This document shows positions 26,635 to 30,674 of a stretch of DNA of 30,674 bases, piece after piece. Source of the DNA: Spongospora subterranea f. sp. subterranea (Eukaryota); contig JAUGWO010000080.1 in NCBI GenBank assembly GCA_049724395.1, forward strand, positions 62,001 through 92,674, read 5' to 3'. Numbering within the stretch: the first letter of the stretch is position 1; the number at the start of each line of letters is the position of its first letter. Both the position numbers and the translations under genes were made by a program. The notes below the pieces were generated by a model. The model was not told the DNA's origin and did not search any database. It worked only from the letters and a program-made list of their open reading frames with translations.

Positions 26635-26700
26635 ACTGACGGAAAATATTTTGGAAGTCGGTACTTTACTGACAGAAAAATTATTAGAAGTCGGTGCTGT
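26635..26700 (+). repeat. Two degenerate 33-bp tandem units
   Basis: actgacggaaaatattttggaagtcggtacttt / actgacagaaaaattattagaagtcggtgctgt. Confidence 0.8.
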
Positions 26701-26713
26701 ATGAATGACTCAA

Positions 26714-26863
26714 CCGACAATACTACCATTTACTGGTGGCTATCCGACAATATTACCATTCTTTGGTGGCAATCCGACAATACCACCATTTATTGGTGGC
26801 AAACTGACAACACGACCATTAATTGGTGGCAATCTGACAATAAAACCATTTATAGGTGGCAAT
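26714..26863 (+). repeat. Five tandem 30-bp units in the LINE 5' region
   Basis: Consensus cYgacaataNNaccattNNNtggtggcaat, with units starting at 26714, 26744, 26774, 26804 and 26834. Confidence 0.97.
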
Positions 26864-27229
26864 GGCCAAAAGGAACACTAGTGACACTAAAACTATACTG
26901 GAAGTACAATGCCGTCATTTGGTGGAAACTACTGGTTAAGACGAAATATGGTCCCATTAACAGGGCCAAACAAGGGCCACAATTAACATCAACAACTATT
27001 AACAAGACTTTGACAGGAACAGTATACACGCCAAGTAATTGCACTTTTTGGTGGAAGCATAAGCGAACGACAACAACAAAAACACGGAATAATGCTCCTA
27101 ATAATAATGACATACAAACGCACAGAAGTAAGAGCAACACACATAAGAGGACACAAAACATTAATGAAACACATAATACTGACAAAAGTAAAACAATTAA
27201 GACAACACTACGACAAAATTACATAGGGA

Positions 27230-28264
27230 TAATGAATGCAGACGTGACAAATAATATCAGCACAATGAACGAATCCACAATAAGTAACGTCCCACAGATG
27301 ACTAAATGCCGTTGTATTAGGGGAATCGGCATACTATACGTGCCAGTGTCGCTCTCAGAATACATCCGTGGCGCAATTAAACCACGAACAGAAACGCTTC
27401 ATCTAGGCATCATGCAGAACGTTCCAATGGAGACCGAAACCAACAAGGAACAAACAATAGGAAGAAAACATCCCAGGGACAGGGCAACCACATCTAATGC
27501 AACATCCGATAAGACCAAAAAGATGAAGGACAAATTCATACCACGGTCAATGATGAATTATAACGGAAGCGATTTTAATGCCCAAAACACAACATGAAAT
27601 AGAAACTCTATTACCGGAACTCATCCAAGAAATACCTTGGCTCATGGCTAAACTAAAGAATGACGTTACGCCAATGGGAACAGGCACGATAATCATCAAA
27701 GGGCTAAAAATAGGTACACACCGAAGAATAGTTAAAAGAATAGTAACGAAACTAACTCCAACCACTCAGGACAATACAAAGCCCTGCAACAATACTGTGG
27801 GAGAAAAGGAATTCGAATCAGACCTACATCAGAGTCCAAACACGACACCAGCCGTAAAGTTATTGTGCAAGGCATCCCACCATACCTTATTAAAAACGGA
27901 ATGGCGATACAAGGCTGGAAAGGAAAACAACCGGACAAAGCTACCCAAATTGGAAGCAACACTACCATGTTCCAATTCCAGATGGCAAGTGATGCGAAGC
28001 AATGTCTATCGCAGGGAACGGTACATATATTCGGGAAACAATACAAGCCCCTGGCCTTCCAAAAAAAGGAAATACGAGTATGTGAAACATGCTACCAGAT
28101 TGAGTGCCTCCAAAAAAAACAAATGTGGCAAGATTGCCTGCTACATATGCAGTGAAGCTCACATGGCCGACTCATGCCCAAAGAAGAATAAGGATGAGCC
28201 TAAGTGCATTACATGCCAGGAAGAGGGACATTGGGCCATCCAATGCCCATGGCGTTACCTGTAA
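27230..28264 (+). pseudogene. LINE ORF1 (gag-like, RRM-like region plus three Cys/His knuckles), disrupted by frameshifts; start uncertain
   Basis: KVIVQGIPP...RVCETCYQIEC lies in one frame and CYICSEAHMADSC plus CITCQEEGHWAIQC in the next, switching at the A8 run 28112-28119. Further shifts are likely near 27556 and 27735-27800. Confidence 0.8.
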
Positions 28265-28528
28265 ATCAAGATTCAATAAAGCAAATATGACAAAGGGCCA
28301 CAAAAAGATGAGCAAAATGCAAATTGAATTTACCTACACTGAAAGCCGCAGTTATGACATGCTGAAGGAGTACACAAAGACTGGCAGATTGTGGTTTGTT
28401 TCATTATACAGGAAGGCCAAGATCTTATATTGCACCCCGAAATTAGATGCCGTCCCCTGCGACAACCAATTCTTCGCATCACTCGATACCTGGAATTGGA
28501 ACATGGTAAAATTGTTTCCAATTAGGGT
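27943..28528. repeat. Diverged gapless inverted repeat within the LINE: arms 27943-28060 and 28411-28528
   Basis: 118-bp arms, 91/118 identical by manual codon-wise alignment, no indels. Confidence 0.95.
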
Positions 28529-30674
28529 GTGGTTGAATGTAAAACGTGGGAAAAAACCAAATAACAGCAAAGTATGGAAAACAAGTGAAAACAAAACACT
28601 GGAACAATCAACACCATACAGTGGCGGAAACAGCAAAGGACTCCATACATCATGCATGGTGGAGATAAAAGAATACGAAATACGTATTTAGAGATGTCAT
28701 CGGAATAGGAAACTGCGCTTTCGAGGCGATCAGAGCATCAGGAGCGATCCCGAATATGACAGTGCAAAACCTACGAAAGGAAATATGTGAATTCGCTAGA
28801 AATCCTGAGCAAGGAAGAACCATTGCTAAAAAATTAAAACCCTATATAGGATCGCTGCCAAACAATGACAGCATAGGATTGGATGAATATCTGAATATAA
28901 TGAGTATCGATAGACAATGGGGAGGGTTGTTCGAACTCACCATAGCTGCATACAAATTTAAAATGAACATAATAGTAGTAAGTCAGACGAATCCAACGCT
29001 CATAACAGATATACAGAAATGGATAGAGAACACGTTACCAAAGTCACGTGATGTAACACCATGGACCAAAACAATTTACTTGTTACATCACAAGCATGGG
29101 AAACCATCAACACCAATGAGACATCAAGACTTGAACCATTATGGGACCCTTTTCCCTATAGAAACAACGGCTAGTGAATGGAATAATAGCGGTATGATGA
29201 CACCAGACAAATGTGACCTTTACATTGATCAGTACAAATTATCAAACAAAACAGACAGCTCAGCAACGCAAAATGTTAGAAATGATAATTCCAAACAGCA
29301 ATTTATGATAAAACCATCGCTAGACAAAACGATGAGACACGATAAAAACATAAATCCGAAAAGGCACCGATCATGCGACGATTCCGACGACCAACCCACT
29401 CAACGTGCCAAATATGAAAAACATCAAACGCACTCTAAACAAATCTGCACAAAAAAGCGAACATTGCTGATAGATAAGGACGGCACTGAAACGCAGTATA
29501 AAAGACGGCTTACCAACAGCGAGCGCCAATGCAAAGAAGTTGCAGACAATGAAACAGCGCGAAAAACAGCCTCAAAACAGACACCAACAAGCCAGATGAG
29601 CCACTACGAACTCACCAAATTGATCGGAAATATACTAGAACCAGACAACAAGGAAGACAATATAGCAGACACATCGGACAAAAACCTGAACGGAACTAAA
29701 ACACACAAACGGCAGATGAAAATAACTCAATATTTCATGAAAACCAATACCAAAACCAGAAAAATAAGAACAACCAGGAGCTTAAAAATCGCTCAATGGA
29801 ACGCCTGCTCCCTAAGCGAACAAAAATCAAAAGAACTGTCTCGATTTGCTAACACCAACCGCGTCGATGTAATATGTATATCAGAACTTCACCATAGACG
29901 CCAAGTAGACGATTTCCCAAACCACGAAGCCGATGACCGGTACACCCAAGCTGGAATTTTTTGGAGGGACCATGTAAATGTAGATGTGATGCGCATTCCT
30001 GCAATACAAACGTTTGGGAACGACGGAATCATGACACAAATAGTAAAAATATATAGTGAAATGATATTAATTCACATATATATACCACCGGATATAGATC
30101 GAAATACTAGAAAAACATATTGGAAACAAATCGGCAAATTCGTAGAAATGCGAGATGAACCGATACTTCTAACAGGTGACCTCAACACCAAAGATAGACG
30201 GTTTGGAATCCACCATGACGAAACTCACAAATACCTAGACAGCATATTGGAAGAATGCAAATTGATGAACAACCCGGAACGCCCAACAAGAGGAAACAAC
30301 TCATTAGATATCACCATTGCCAATCGACAGATGGCAAAGGAGATCTTACAATGGGACGTGCACGCAGAGCTAGGCAGTGACCATTCACCGACAACAATAG
30401 ATACTACAATTAGAAGAAAATCGACGAAAGGATTCCCCCTAGCCGTACACAGAACCATAATTGACACACGAGCTCATAATGAGTAACTGAAGAGGAACTG
30501 CAGAATGTTGAAAGCAAGAACATGGGACTAACAGCTTTCATTGACCTATTGCAAAATAGCATTAAGCACAAATATGTTAGACAGAATAGATGCAAATTCT
30601 GGACCACGAAACTCAAAATTGCGTTAAACTTGCGAAATAAACTCAAGCGCAAACACCAGGAAGCCATACTGAAA
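28287..30674 (+). pseudogene. LINE ORF2: N-terminal extension, OTU-like cysteine protease, PIP box, APE endonuclease (RT outside window); frameshifts near 28667 and 30481
   Basis: OTU: VIGIGNCAFEA (Cys 28714-28716), EYL..M....WGG..EL and NHY (His 29137-29139). APE (29782-30390): IAQWNACSL, DVICISE, IYIPP, LTGDLN, PTR...LDITI and LGSDH. The post-endonuclease FWTTKLK...RNKLKRK continues in a shifted frame. Confidence 0.88.

Larger units (their letters stand above)
26540..30674 (+). mobile_element. APE-type non-LTR retrotransposon (LINE), frameshifted, truncated by the window end; 5' boundary approximate
   Basis: Strongly A-rich sense strand, 5' tandem repeats, gag-like ORF1 with zinc knuckles, and ORF2 with OTU and APE endonuclease domains. 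RT is expected beyond the window. Confidence 0.9.

Noticed and set aside
26714..26863. CRISPR-like appearance of the 30-bp repeats
   Set aside because: The units are directly adjacent with no unique spacers, there are no cas genes, and the context is a eukaryotic LINE.
28104..28125. Programmed -1 frameshift at the A8 run
   Set aside because: Joining the knuckle frames needs a +1 shift, and -1 leads to a frame without knuckles. A simple indel is more parsimonious.

Overview
Eukaryotic genomic DNA from a compact, intron-rich genome (GT-AG introns of about 45-65 nt, very short intergenic gaps). It is probably a protist; the lineage cannot be fixed from sequence alone. Bases 1-19.6 kb are gene-dense: a GDT1/TMEM165 cation antiporter, a FAR-17a/AIG1-like membrane protein, an NXF1/Mex67 mRNA export factor, a PH-CRIB STE20/PAK-like kinase, a CUL4-like cullin, an A-type cyclin, tRNA-Ser(AGA), a hyper-acidic protein, and a bacterial-type 2-methylcitrate synthase (PrpC-like) ending in the peroxisomal signal SKL. 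From about 19.8 kb to the end is a cluster of fragmented transposons (Ty3/Gypsy, DIRS-like and other gag remnants), ending in a frameshifted APE-type non-LTR retrotransposon (LINE) cut off by the window edge. The LINE is the most unusual system here. Its ORF2 has an OTU cysteine-protease (deubiquitinase-like) domain and a canonical PCNA-binding PIP box ahead of the APE endonuclease. A gapless 118-bp inverted copy of ORF1 sequence lies inside the ORF2 N-terminus, and the 5' region has hairpin-bearing 30-bp tandem repeats. All splice models and protein calls are manual and based on motifs.
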